From positions 53,031 to 117,030 of the forward strand of contig JALUTT010000092.1 in assembly GCA_027021705.1 (NCBI GenBank): 64,000 bases of DNA. The letters are read 5' to 3'. The notes beneath the pieces are model-generated. The model did not search any database. It saw only the letters and a list, made by a program, of their open reading frames with translations, and was not told the DNA's origin. Positions 46,847-56,252 of the stretch are shown one piece after another. Position 1 is the first letter of the stretch, and each line of letters opens with the position of its first letter. The position numbers were made by a program, and so were the translations under genes. This DNA is from Anaerolineae bacterium. GTDB taxonomy: Bacteria > Chloroflexota > Anaerolineae > S140-20.

Positions 46847-46905
46847 GATCCTCCTCGCTCTACGGTACGTCGGGTAAAGAGCAGGCGTGAACCGGTCTTG
46901 GCCTG

Positions 46906-47247
46906 CTAAGGTGCGGGGCGGTTTATTCGGATTAGAACCCCTTGGAGGGAGCTTTCGTCTCGAATCGCTGCATCTATCTGACCGGCCAGCCGGGTGAAAT
47001 CCGGGTCATAGCTGCACACGATGATGCCCGCGTGGTCGGATTGGGCCAGGTGCAGACGGATGAAGTGCTTCCGATTCAGGGTCAGCACAGCACGTCCTTC
47101 CTGACGTGCAAATGCCAAGACGGCTTCGTCCGGCAGCCCCTGCCCGGCCTGACCGGTGTCCATCATCGTTAGCACGTCATGGCCCAGGCGTCGCAATGCC
47201 TCCACCGCCGGAAAGGGGAAGTTCTCATCGGCATACAGGCGGGCCAT
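46906..47247 (-). CDS. DUF5615 PIN-like toxin
   Basis: RLYADENFP, GHDV, LTLNRKHF, HAGII. Confidence 0.88.
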   Translation of the reverse strand: MARLYADENFPFPAVEALRRLGHDVLTMMDTGQAGQGLPDEAVLAFARQEGRAVLTLNRKHFIRLHLAQSDHAGIIVCSYDPDFTRLAGQIDAAIRDESSLQGVLIRINRPAP

Positions 47248-47248
47248 G

Positions 47249-47578
47249 TTAAGCCTCTTCGTGCTCCCGAATCTGGCGCTCGATCTCCTCGCGGTGGGCG
47301 CGGTAGTAGGCCCAGGCATTGGCCAGGTCTTCCGCCCGGAGGGTCGGATAGGCACGCAGCAAGTCGGCTTCGCTACTGCCTAGCCGCCGTGCCTGGACCA
47401 GCAACCATACAGGGATTCGCGTTCGGACGATGCAGGGATCTCCACCGCAAACGTCCGGTTGGCTCTCAATGCCGGGAAAGGCTTCTCCCAGGTCTTGCAC
47501 AATCCACCGGAGGAGTTGGGCCTTTTCAGCCCGCTTCATCTGGGCAAGCAGTTCTTCGATCTCCTCAAGCATATTCAT
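47249..47578 (-). CDS. DUF433 antitoxin
   Basis: VCGGDPCIVRTRIPVW, YPTL, EEIE. Confidence 0.9.
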   Translation of the reverse strand: MNMLEEIEELLAQMKRAEKAQLLRWIVQDLGEAFPGIESQPDVCGGDPCIVRTRIPVWLLVQARRLGSSEADLLRAYPTLRAEDLANAWAYYRAHREEIERQIREHEEA

Positions 47579-47586
47579 CGCTCATC

Positions 47587-48477
47587 CTATGCCGTGTCGG
47601 GAGCCCTCACGACCGCTGCGATGCCCAGGGCCCCCGGCCCGACGTGAACGCCCAGGACAGGCGTGGCCTCCTCGACGATGGTCTCGGCGTCGGGGAAGCG
47701 GGCGGCCAGGGTCCGGTGAAGCTGTTCCACGGCCTCGGGAGCATTGGTGTGCAGCACGGCCAGGGCCTCCAACGGCCCCAGCGCCTCGGTGATCTCCACC
47801 AGTCGGGCTACGGCCCGCTTCCGGGTGCGGACCCGCTCCCGTTGAAAGACCTGACCGTCTCGCACCTCCACGATGGGCTTGATGCGCAGGAGAGCGCCCA
47901 TCGCGGCTCTGGCCCAACTGACCCGACCGCTCCGGTGCAGGAACTCCAGCGTGTCCAGCACCGCGTAGAGCCGGACGCGAGGGCGGACGGCCTCCACCGT
48001 GGCGACGACCTCCTCCAGCGATGCGCCGGCCCGGGCCGCCCGAGCTGCCGCGATGACCTGCCAGCCCAGCGCCATCGTGAGCATCCCCGAATTCAGCACG
48101 GCGATAGGGACCTGGGCCAGGGAACGGGAGGCCAGGAGCGCGGTGTTGTGGATAGCGCTCAGGTTCGCCGCGCAGTGGATGGACACGATGCCGCTCCCCG
48201 GCCCAGCTCCCTCCAACCGGGGGAGCAGTCGCCGATAAGCGGCCTCGAAATCCCCCACGCTGGGCGCAGCCGTCGTCGGCAGCACCGGCTCGGTGGCCAG
48301 CCGCCGGTAGAAGCTTTGACGGCTGATCTCCACCTGATCGCGCAGGCTCTCCAGGCCGAAGTTGATGTAGTTGGGCACCACGGTGATCTCCAGCTCCTCC
48401 ACCAACGGAGCGGGAACATCGGCGGTGCTATCGGTGACCACGTAGACCCGTTGAGGGGTCGGGGCAGCGTTCATCAT
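47587..48477 (-). CDS. DegV/FakB fatty acid-binding protein
   Basis: VTDSTAD, PTTAAPS, IKPI, HVGPG. Confidence 0.92.
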   Translation of the reverse strand: MMNAAPTPQRVYVVTDSTADVPAPLVEELEITVVPNYINFGLESLRDQVEISRQSFYRRLATEPVLPTTAAPSVGDFEAAYRRLLPRLEGAGPGSGIVSIHCAANLSAIHNTALLASRSLAQVPIAVLNSGMLTMALGWQVIAAARAARAGASLEEVVATVEAVRPRVRLYAVLDTLEFLHRSGRVSWARAAMGALLRIKPIVEVRDGQVFQRERVRTRKRAVARLVEITEALGPLEALAVLHTNAPEAVEQLHRTLAARFPDAETIVEEATPVLGVHVGPGALGIAAVVRAPDTA

Positions 48478-48480
48478 CCT

Positions 48481-49371
48481 TCACAGGCTCGTGGAGGCAG
48501 GTTCGTAAACCAGCACGCCCAGGCTGTCGGGACCCAGGTGGACGGCCAGGGAGGGCGCGACCATGCGCGTCGGGATGGGCTGGCGCGGGAAGAGGTCGCG
48601 CAGCCGGGTGCGCAGCGTCTTGCTCTCGCGGGTGGGACCCGGACCGGTCTGCAGGATAACCAGTTGCTCTACCTCGCTGAACTCGGCCACAAACTCGATC
48701 AGCTTCTCCACCCCCTGGAGCTTGCTCTGGGCCTTCTCCAGGGGGATGAGGTCCCCCTCCTCCAGGGTGAGAAAGGGCTTGATTCCCAGCATCGTGCCCA
48801 GAATGGCCTGGGAGGGACCGATCCGCCCCCACCGTTCCAGATACTCCAGGTGTTCGGTGATGAAGGCCAGGTAGATGTGGGGGATCAGCCCCCGCATCAG
48901 GGAAATCAGTTCGTCCAGGGGGGTGCCCCGGAGGGCGGCCCGGGCGGCAGCTTCGACCAGGATGCCCAGGCCCAGCGAAGCGGCCTGGGAGTCCATCACG
49001 ACGATCCGGCATCGCCCCAGGAAGTGATCGGCGGCTGCCCGGGCGTGCTCCAGCGTCTTGCTCAGGGAGCCGGCCAGGTGCAACGAGAGGATCTGGCTGG
49101 TCGTCTGGCTCAACTGCTTGTAGACCTCCTGAAAGGCAGCGATGGAGGGCGGATGGACGATGGTCGTCGTGGTGTTCTGGGCGAAGCGCAGGGCGAACTC
49201 CTCAGCACTCAAGTCCAGCCCTTCGCGCAGCCGCCTTCCCCCCCATTCGACTTCCAGGGGGACAACGGTGATCTCCAGGGCTCGGACCAGATCAGGGCTC
49301 AGTTGGGCGGAGCTGTCGGTCACGATGCGAACCCGTCCTGGCTTCCTTCGGGAAACGCTCTGGGAACGCAT
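48481..49371 (-). CDS. DegV/FakB fatty acid-binding protein
   Basis: VTDSSA, LGIKP, HLGP. Confidence 0.9.
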   Translation of the reverse strand: MRSQSVSRRKPGRVRIVTDSSAQLSPDLVRALEITVVPLEVEWGGRRLREGLDLSAEEFALRFAQNTTTTIVHPPSIAAFQEVYKQLSQTTSQILSLHLAGSLSKTLEHARAAADHFLGRCRIVVMDSQAASLGLGILVEAAARAALRGTPLDELISLMRGLIPHIYLAFITEHLEYLERWGRIGPSQAILGTMLGIKPFLTLEEGDLIPLEKAQSKLQGVEKLIEFVAEFSEVEQLVILQTGPGPTRESKTLRTRLRDLFPRQPIPTRMVAPSLAVHLGPDSLGVLVYEPASTSL

Positions 49372-49375
49372 AGCC

Positions 49376-51052
49376 TCATTCGACCGAGAGGATGTAGTGG
49401 TAGTGGGGTTGTCCTCCCTCGATGACCTCGACCTCCTGCTCCGGGTAGCGCTGGCGGATGGCCTCGGCCAGGGCCTCTGCTTCCTCCTGGCTCACATCAT
49501 CGCCGTAGTAGAGGGTGATCACCTCTTGCTCGGCGGCGTTCATCTTCTCCAAGGTGACCCAGATCACCTCTTCGATCCGGTCGCCGGCGGCCGCCAGTTG
49601 GTCGTCCACCAGGCCGATCACCTGGCCGGCGGCCACCGTCACGCCGTTCATCTCCACGGAGCGGGTGGCGGTGGTGATCTCACCGGTGGTCACCTCCTCC
49701 ATTGCCGCTTCCATCGCGGGGAGGTTGGTGTCCAGGTCGGCCTGGGGGTTGAAGGCCAAGAGCGCGGCGATCCCCTGGGGGATGGTGCGGGAGGGGACAA
49801 CGGCGACTTCCTTGGAGGCCAGCGCCGCTGCCTGCCGGGCGGCCATAATCACGTTGCCGTTGTTGGGCAGCAGGATGACCTGGGGGGCCGGGACCGCCTC
49901 GATGGCCTCCAGCAGTTCCTGGGTGCTGGGGTTCATCGTCTGGCCGCCGGCGACCACCGCCCCGACGCCCAGGCTCTCGAAGACGCGGGCCAGCCCCTCC
50001 CCCGGGGCGACGCTCACAACGTCCACCAGGGCCTCCGGCCGCTCTGGAGCAGGGGCAGCGGCCAGGGGAGCACTCTGCTCCTGGTCGCGCTCCTGGACGA
50101 AGCTCTCGTACTGGGCCTGCATATCCTCGATCACCACGTCCCGCAGGGAGCCCCAGCGGACGGCGTAGCTCAGGGGAACGCCGGGGTCGTGGACGTGGAC
50201 GTGGACCTTAACGGTGTTGGCATCGCCGACGACCAGCGTCGAGTCGCCCATAGCGTCAATGTCGGCGCGGATGCGGTCCACGTCCAGGTCGTGGCCCACG
50301 AGGATGAACTGGACGTCGTAGCCGTAGCCGGCCTCACCCGCTTCGGGGACCTCCTCGGCCTGGAAGGCGGGGGAGATGGCTTCCCCTGCCTCCACCGGCT
50401 CTTCCGCCTCGATCCGCTCCCCCCGCAGGGCGTTCCACATCCCCTCCAGGATGACGAAGAGGCCCTGGCCCCCCGCGTCCACCACGCCGGCCTCGGCCAG
50501 AACGGGGAGCAGGAGGGGGGTGCGGGCGACGGCCTCTCGTCCTCGGCTCACCATATGGGCGAAGACTTGGGTGATGTCCTGGTAGCGGACGGCGGCGGCC
50601 CGGGCGGCCTCGGCCACCTCCCGGACCACCGTCAGGATCGTGCCCTCGACGGGGCGAATCACGCCTTTGTAGGCGGTGTCGGCGGCCTCCTGCATCGCGC
50701 GGGCCAGATCGGCTGCCGTCATCCGCTCTTGATCGTCCAGAGCGCGGGCGAAGCCCCGCCAGATCTGGGAGAGAATGACGCCGGAGTTGCCCCGGGCGCC
50801 CATCAGGGCTCCGTGGGCGACCTTGTGGGCGACGGCGCCGATCTTCGCCTCGTCGCAGTGGGCGATCTCGGCCCAGGCCGATTGCATCGTCAGCAGCATG
50901 TTGGTCCCCGTGTCACCGTCGGGCACGGGGAAGACGTTGAGGGCATTGATGGCGGCCTGGTGTTGGCGCAGCCAGTGCATCCCGGCCTCGACCAGGCGGC
51001 GGAAACCCTGTCCATCCAGCATCACAACGGGGTGGGCCTGTTCTCGATCCAT
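49376..51052 (-). CDS. DAK2-domain fatty acid kinase FakA (start uncertain, up to 51109)
   Basis: NVFPVPDGDTGTNM, GARGNSG, GGQTMNPS, GGQPHY. Confidence 0.93.
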   Translation of the reverse strand: MDREQAHPVVMLDGQGFRRLVEAGMHWLRQHQAAINALNVFPVPDGDTGTNMLLTMQSAWAEIAHCDEAKIGAVAHKVAHGALMGARGNSGVILSQIWRGFARALDDQERMTAADLARAMQEAADTAYKGVIRPVEGTILTVVREVAEAARAAAVRYQDITQVFAHMVSRGREAVARTPLLLPVLAEAGVVDAGGQGLFVILEGMWNALRGERIEAEEPVEAGEAISPAFQAEEVPEAGEAGYGYDVQFILVGHDLDVDRIRADIDAMGDSTLVVGDANTVKVHVHVHDPGVPLSYAVRWGSLRDVVIEDMQAQYESFVQERDQEQSAPLAAAPAPERPEALVDVVSVAPGEGLARVFESLGVGAVVAGGQTMNPSTQELLEAIEAVPAPQVILLPNNGNVIMAARQAAALASKEVAVVPSRTIPQGIAALLAFNPQADLDTNLPAMEAAMEEVTTGEITTATRSVEMNGVTVAAGQVIGLVDDQLAAAGDRIEEVIWVTLEKMNAAEQEVITLYYGDDVSQEEAEALAEAIRQRYPEQEVEVIEGGQPHYHYILSVE

Positions 51053-51105
51053 ATGCATCCGTGCATTTGTGGGATATTCGTGGACGGCGGATCGCTCCCG
51101 GGCTC

Positions 51106-51459
51106 TCAATCCACGTCGCTGATGCGCAGCCCCTCTACGTGGACGTTGACGGCGGTGACCGGCACGCCGACGGCCTTTTCCACCGCGAACTTGACGACGT
51201 TCTTGATGCTCTGGGCGACGGAAGCGATGCGGGTGCCGTACTCGATGATGACGTAGACGTCAATGATGATCTGGTGGTCCTGGACGTGGACCTCGATCCC
51301 CTTGTGGGCGCGTCGGGAGAGGGCGCTGGTCAGCCCGCTCACCAGGTTGCGGGAGGCCATGCCGACCACCCCATAGGTGCTGAGCACAGCCTGGCTGGCG
51401 ATGGTGGCGATGGCGGTGGGCGAGATTTCGATCTTCCCCAGGTTGCTCTCCTCGACCAT
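51106..51459 (-). CDS. Asp23/Gls24 family protein
   Basis: GKIEIS, YGVVGM, VNVHVEG; upstream of fakA. Confidence 0.92.
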   Translation of the reverse strand: MVEESNLGKIEISPTAIATIASQAVLSTYGVVGMASRNLVSGLTSALSRRAHKGIEVHVQDHQIIIDVYVIIEYGTRIASVAQSIKNVVKFAVEKAVGVPVTAVNVHVEGLRISDVD

Positions 51460-51617
51460 AAGCTTCCTTCCCTGATCTCAACAGGTTCGGCCACAAGTCT
51501 TGGGCTTTGGAAGGCCCTCCCATCAGAGGTTCTGTCGGGCCTGGAAAGCCCTCCTACGATGGGGAGGGGGCTTTCTAGTACCGCATCGAGCGGACCTCGA
51601 TCAACCGTCCTGGCCGC

Positions 51618-51724
51618 TCCCGCCGGGCGGTAAACCGCCCGGCTCGGCCAACCAAGCCTCCTTCGAGGGCTGTCTTAGTCCGCAAGGCCTTGCTCCTGAG
51701 CCCGGACGTTCACGCCCGGGCGGG
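51618..51724. repeat. REP-like palindrome pair
   Basis: GCCGGGCGGTAAACCGCCCGGC and inverted related GCCCGGACGTTCACGCCCGGGC. Confidence 0.55.
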
Positions 51725-51766
51725 GTTGGGCAGAACAACACTCTACGGGGAGACGACCCGTCACCG

Positions 51767-51923
51767 GCGGTGATTACCCACAAGTGAGCGAGAGAGTGGT
51801 CCGTAGCAGGCCGTCTACGAATTTCTCACAAATGCACGAATGAGGCGGTCCTTAATTCGTGTATTCGTGCCCCATTCGTGGATGGCTGGTCTCCCTATCT
51901 CCAAAGATATGGGTAATCACCGG
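51767..51923. mobile_element. Family B MITE, 157 bp, 7-bp target duplication
   Basis: GTCACCG at 51760-51766 and 51924-51930. Confidence 0.85.
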
Positions 51924-52001
51924 GTCACCGGAGTTGCCCAAAATGGCGTCTCGTGGTAAACTTCTAGCCACTCTACGCATCACGTTGAGGGGATGGTAAG
52001 A

Positions 52002-52184
52002 ATGGCGAAATGTGATTTCTGTGGACGGGGTCCGCAGTTCGGGCACAATGTGAGTCACTCCAACAAGGCCACCAACCGGCGGTGGAATGTGAACGTTCAA
52101 CGAAAGCGGATGGTCATCGGTGGCCGGCGGCGGCGTGTTCACATCTGTACCCGTTGTCTGCGGACGATGAGCAAGACGCGATAG
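52002..52184 (+). CDS. rpmB: 50S ribosomal protein L28
   Basis: CDFCG, GHNVSHS, CTRCLR. Confidence 0.95.
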   Translation: MAKCDFCGRGPQFGHNVSHSNKATNRRWNVNVQRKRMVIGGRRRRVHICTRCLRTMSKTR

Positions 52185-52203
52185 CCTTACGGCCTCACCG
52201 CCG

Positions 52204-52235
52204 GGCCAGCTCTCACGGGCTGGCCTCTTTTCTTT
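52204..52235 (+). terminator. Intrinsic terminator of rpmB
   Basis: GGCCAGCTC-TCAC-GGGCTGGCC followed by TCTTTTCTTT. Confidence 0.75.
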
Positions 52236-52243
52236 GTCTGGAC

Positions 52244-52364
52244 GCACCTATTCAGCCTACCCTCCCGCAGGTCACCGGTCGAGGGCGCTTTCAGCCCCGA
52301 TGGGCTATTGGAAGCCCAGTTTCGCGTCGGAAACGCGCCCAACCTGCAGGAGGGTGAACAGTTC
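52244..52364. mobile_element. Family A element, copy 2, flanked by 8-bp direct repeat
   Basis: GTCTGGAC at 52236-52243 and 52365-52372. Confidence 0.8.
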
Positions 52365-52421
52365 GTCTGGACAACTTATGATACAACGGGATGGGGGAAA
52401 AGGCAAGGAGACCGGTGGTGA

Positions 52422-53519
52422 TTACCCACGCTGCTGGAGCACCCGCTGCCGGAGCTGCCCGCAGCCGGCCTGGATGTCTATCCCCCGCCGGGTGCGCACT
52501 GTGCTGGGGATGCCGTGCCGTTCCAGGATAGCCTGGAAGGCGGCGATGCGCTCCGGCGACGAAGGCCGCCCTTCGTACTCCTCCGTCGGGTTCAGGGGGA
52601 TCAGATTGACGTGGCAGAGGAGCCCACGCACCCGCTCGACCAGGGCGAGCGCCTGGGTCTCGGTGTCGTTTAGGCCGTGGATCATCGCCCACTCGAAGGT
52701 GATGCGCCGTCCCGTGCGGGTCACGTAGTCCCGACAGGCAGCCATCAGCGGATCCAGAGGGTAGCGCCGGTTGATGGGGACGATCTGGTCCCGTAGTTCG
52801 TCGGTGGCGGCGTGGAGGGAGACGGCCAGGCCGACCTGGAGTCCTTCTCGGCTGAAGCGCCGGATCCCCGGGACCAGCCCCACGGTGGAGAGGGTGATGC
52901 GTCGCTGGCCGAAGGCGAAGCCGTGGGGGTTGATGAGCCGGCGGATGGCCTGGAGGGTGGCCTTGTAGTTGGCCAGCGGCTCCCCCATTCCCATCAGGAC
53001 GACGTTGGTCAGCCGGTCCCCTTGGGCGGCCAGGTGGCGGGCGATGAGGATCACCTGTTCGACGATCTCCCCGCTCGTCAGGTTGCGCCGCAGCCCCATC
53101 TGGCCGGTGGCGCAGAAGACGCAGCCCATCCCGCATCCGGCCTGGGTGGAGATGCAGGCGGTGCGCCGCCGACGATAGCGCATCAGCACCACCTCGATGC
53201 TCTCCCCATCGGCAGCCTGGAGGAGGAACTTGCGGGTCTGGCCGTCAGCCGAGGTCATCTCGGCCTGCTGGGTGAAGGAGCCCAGGCGGGTCTCCTGGGC
53301 CAGCCGCTCCCGCAGCGCCTTGGGCAGGTTGGTCATCTCGTCGAAGCCGGTGGCCAGGTGCTTGTAGAGCCACTGCCAGAGCTGGTCGGCTCGGTAGCGG
53401 GGCTGACCCCAGTCGGCCATCAACTCGACAAGGGCGGGGTAGCTCAGGTCGTACAGGTTGATCCAGGGCTCTTCCATAGGCAACACGTGAGGCAACACGT
53501 GACCCTCGTCGGTCTGCAT
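52422..53519 (-). CDS. rlmN: 23S rRNA/tRNA C2 methyltransferase (radical SAM)
   Basis: GCGMGCVFC, MGMGEP, GCGQL. Confidence 0.96.
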   Translation of the reverse strand: MQTDEGHVLPHVLPMEEPWINLYDLSYPALVELMADWGQPRYRADQLWQWLYKHLATGFDEMTNLPKALRERLAQETRLGSFTQQAEMTSADGQTRKFLLQAADGESIEVVLMRYRRRRTACISTQAGCGMGCVFCATGQMGLRRNLTSGEIVEQVILIARHLAAQGDRLTNVVLMGMGEPLANYKATLQAIRRLINPHGFAFGQRRITLSTVGLVPGIRRFSREGLQVGLAVSLHAATDELRDQIVPINRRYPLDPLMAACRDYVTRTGRRITFEWAMIHGLNDTETQALALVERVRGLLCHVNLIPLNPTEEYEGRPSSPERIAAFQAILERHGIPSTVRTRRGIDIQAGCGQLRQRVLQQRG

Positions 53520-53531
53520 CCGGCTACCGTT

Positions 53532-54182
53532 CTACCGCTGGCGTAGGATGTACTCCAGCGTCACCGTCTGATCCTCCAAGGCGGCGACCCGGAAGACGAT
53601 GATGGCAGAGCCGTCGGCAGGGCGGTAGACATAGACGTGGCCTACCTCCACAGGTAGGCATCCCTTGCTGAAGCCGTCGGTGGGCAGCAGCAGCGTCTCC
53701 ATTGCGCTGGCCGGCCAGAACCCCATATCCCGCCCCTCCCCCTGCCCTCGGTTGTTGGACCAGAAACAGGGGCCGCGCTGATCCTCCGCCTCGGCCAGGA
53801 AGTAGAGGTCTCCCCAGGTGATGACCCCTTTGCGGCGCTGGTCGAAGTCGAAGCTCTCCGTGTGGGCCAGGGTCACCTGCCTCCAGGGCGGTGGCGTGGG
53901 GGGCAAGGTCTCCCCCGGAGCCAGCGTGGGCGTGGGGAAGGGGGTGGGGGTGGGGGATCCGGTGGGCTCGCCGATGTCGAAGACCTCCGGCTCCTCGGCC
54001 GGTGGGGTTCCCTGGGGAGGTGTCTCCTGAACCGCCGCCGGCGGTGGGACCGTCGGGACCAGGGTGGGCTGGGGGAGGGACCGACCGCAACCCGCCAGGA
54101 GCGCCAGGAGCGAGATCAGTCCTCCCACCAGACCCAGGGGCTTTCCAATAGCGGTGGAGGCCGTGCGATCTTGCTCGTCCAT
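53532..54182 (-). CDS. Hypothetical Pro/Thr-rich lipoprotein
   Basis: Lipobox LLAGC; start overlaps SAM synthetase stop. Confidence 0.7.
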   Translation of the reverse strand: MDEQDRTASTAIGKPLGLVGGLISLLALLAGCGRSLPQPTLVPTVPPPAAVQETPPQGTPPAEEPEVFDIGEPTGSPTPTPFPTPTLAPGETLPPTPPPWRQVTLAHTESFDFDQRRKGVITWGDLYFLAEAEDQRGPCFWSNNRGQGEGRDMGFWPASAMETLLLPTDGFSKGCLPVEVGHVYVYRPADGSAIIVFRVAALEDQTVTLEYILRQR

Positions 54183-55366
54183 CAGAAGAGAGAGACCTCG
54201 CCGTGGCGGATGCGGGTCCGCACCTCGTTGACTCGGCTCAACTGCTCGTCTAGCACGGCGGCCACATCGGCCTGGATGCTGGGGGTGAGGGAGCCGTGGC
54301 TCGGGCGGACGACGGCGGTGGCCACCAGCGGCTGGTCCAGGGGGGCGCCGATCTGGGAGAGCAGGTAGACCGTTGCCTCCTTCACCGTGGGGACCTGCTC
54401 GATGATGGCCTGGGCGGCCAGCAGGGCCAGGACGTTGTAGACCTTGCCCACGTGGGAGATGGGGTTCTTGCCGGCTGCTGCCTCCAGGCTGGAGGAGCGG
54501 AAGGGGGTGATGAGGCCGGTCACCCGGTTCCCCCGGCCCACGGCGCCGTCATCGCCGTTCTCGGCCGAGGTGCCGGTGACGGTCAGGTAGACGTTGCCGC
54601 TCTCCAGGTCGTCGGCGGTGTTGACCGCTACCTGGACGTGCCGGCGGCTGTGCTGCTCGGCGAAGGTCTGGACGGCGTCCTGGACCGCTCGCCAGGCCTC
54701 CTGGTAGCTGGTGAGGTCGGGGACCTGGGCAGCGATGAAGGGGATGGCGACGGTCAGTGTCACCTCGTCTCCCATCCGGGCGCCCATCACCTTGACATCC
54801 TCACCGATGGGGAACTGGTTGATGAGGTCGTAGTTGATGTAGTTGGTCGTCTCGTAAACCAGGTCCTCCAGGTCGGAGCGGGGCCAGTGGGCGACGCCGA
54901 AGCTGGTATCGTTGGCCGTCACCTGCTCGACGACGTAGATCAGTTCGGTCGCGCCCCGGCCGGCGTAGGAGTCAATGACCACGTGGGCGACCGGGTCCAA
55001 GTAGCGCAGCGTCTCCCCTAGGTAGGCGCGGGCAGCCTCGATGGCGATGGTGTCCATCGGGACCTGGCGTCCGTTGAAGCTGGGCGTGCCCCGGCCGGCG
55101 ATCTGGATGCGGATGGGCTTAAGCACGCGGCCGCCGCCGAAGCCGACTTCGACCTCACCGGCGACCAGTTGGACTTTGTCAAAGTTGTGGTGGAGCGGCG
55201 TGCCCAGGTTCTCCTCGCACCAGCGGGTGTACTCCACGGAGATCCGCTCGGCGATGCCGTCGCACAGGCTGTCTGGGTGGCCGATCCCCTTCCGCTCCAC
55301 GATCTCGACGGGCATTTCCTCGATGAACTGCCCTGAGGCCTCGGACACGACGATATTTCGGCTCAT
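54182..55366 (-). CDS. mat: Archaeal-type S-adenosylmethionine synthetase
   Basis: [46 protein letters not shown]. Confidence 0.92.
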   Translation of the reverse strand: MSRNIVVSEASGQFIEEMPVEIVERKGIGHPDSLCDGIAERISVEYTRWCEENLGTPLHHNFDKVQLVAGEVEVGFGGGRVLKPIRIQIAGRGTPSFNGRQVPMDTIAIEAARAYLGETLRYLDPVAHVVIDSYAGRGATELIYVVEQVTANDTSFGVAHWPRSDLEDLVYETTNYINYDLINQFPIGEDVKVMGARMGDEVTLTVAIPFIAAQVPDLTSYQEAWRAVQDAVQTFAEQHSRRHVQVAVNTADDLESGNVYLTVTGTSAENGDDGAVGRGNRVTGLITPFRSSSLEAAAGKNPISHVGKVYNVLALLAAQAIIEQVPTVKEATVYLLSQIGAPLDQPLVATAVVRPSHGSLTPSIQADVAAVLDEQLSRVNEVRTRIRHGEVSLF

Positions 55367-55475
55367 ATCAGGGATCCTCCTTATTGAGTGGTAGGGGTGG
55401 GTCGTCCAAGAGTCCGTCTACCGCAAAGCGACCGGCCCTCGCCGTCCAGGGGGCAGAGGGCCGGTTGGGCACACG

Positions 55476-55502
55476 AAAAAAGCCCCTTCTCGAAGAAGAG
55501 GC
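55476..55502 (-). terminator. SAM-I expression-platform terminator
   Basis: GCCTCTTCT-TCG-AGAAGGGGC-TTTTT on minus strand. Confidence 0.8.
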
Positions 55503-55531
55503 AAGCGACGCAGGGCGAGTGCGCAACTTCC

Positions 55532-55681
<150 letters not shown>

Positions 55682-55714
55682 CGTTGCGGGCAGGATATGC
55701 GGTTGTGAAAACCA

Positions 55715-55743
55715 ATGATACCACGCTCTTGGGGCTCTGTCAA
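55715..55743 (-). promoter_or_regulatory. Promoter of SAM-I/mat
   Basis: TTGACA-N17-TATCAT. Confidence 0.8.
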
Positions 55744-55758
55744 ATGGCCGGCGGGTGT

Positions 55759-55875
55759 CTATTCAGCCTACCCTCCCGCAGGTCACCGGTCGAGGGCGCT
55801 TTCAGCCCCGATGGGCTGCTGGAAGCACGGTTTCGCGTCGGCAACGCGCCTAACTGCGGGAGGGTGAACGGTTAC
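55759..55875. repeat. Family A element, copy 3
   Basis: Near-identical to 52248-52361. Confidence 0.85.
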
Positions 55876-55891
55876 GTCGGCTTGATTTCGC

Positions 55892-55920
55892 TTGTCAGCC
55901 TGGACGCTTCGTGGTACAAT
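55892..55920 (+). promoter_or_regulatory. Promoter of tRNA-His
   Basis: TTGTCA-N17-TACAAT. Confidence 0.75.
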
Positions 55921-55932
55921 ACAGACGCGCAT

Positions 55933-56006
55933 GGTGGGCGTGGCCCAGTGGTTAAGGCGTCTGGTTGTGGCCCAGAAGATCGTGGGTTCGAATCCCACCG
56001 CCCACC
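55933..56006 (+). tRNA. tRNA-His(GTG)
   Basis: G-1, GTGGGCG/CGCCCAC acceptor, loop TTGTGGC, C discriminator. Confidence 0.95.
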
Positions 56007-56010
56007 CCTG

Positions 56011-56043
56011 ATCGCCTATCGCCGCAAGCGATAGGCGATTTTC
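56011..56043 (+). terminator. Perfect 12-bp hairpin after tRNA-His (terminator or processing signal)
   Basis: ATCGCCTATCGC-CGCAA-GCGATAGGCGAT-TTT. Confidence 0.55.
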
Positions 56044-56108
56044 CACTCAGGTTGGTGTGGGGGTGACCGCCGGTCGCCCGACAGGTTCGAGTTGCACCCT
56101 TGCCACAA

Positions 56109-56182
56109 GCCCCCGTAGCTCAATGGGACAGAGCGCCGGACTTCGAATCCGTAGGTTGCGCGTTCGAGTCGCGCCGGGGGCG
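56109..56182 (+). tRNA. tRNA-Arg(TCG)
   Basis: GCCCCCG/CGGGGGC acceptor, loop CTTCGAA, GTTCGAG. Confidence 0.93.
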
Positions 56183-56252
56183 CCTGCCAAGAGAGACCCT
56201 TTTGACGACGATCGTCCGTCCTCTGAGTCTGTGTGAGCAAAGGTGGTGTGTG

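Noticed and set aside
56100..56252. N-terminal extension of RpoB
   Set aside because: Overlaps tRNA-Arg; homology starts near ATG 56253
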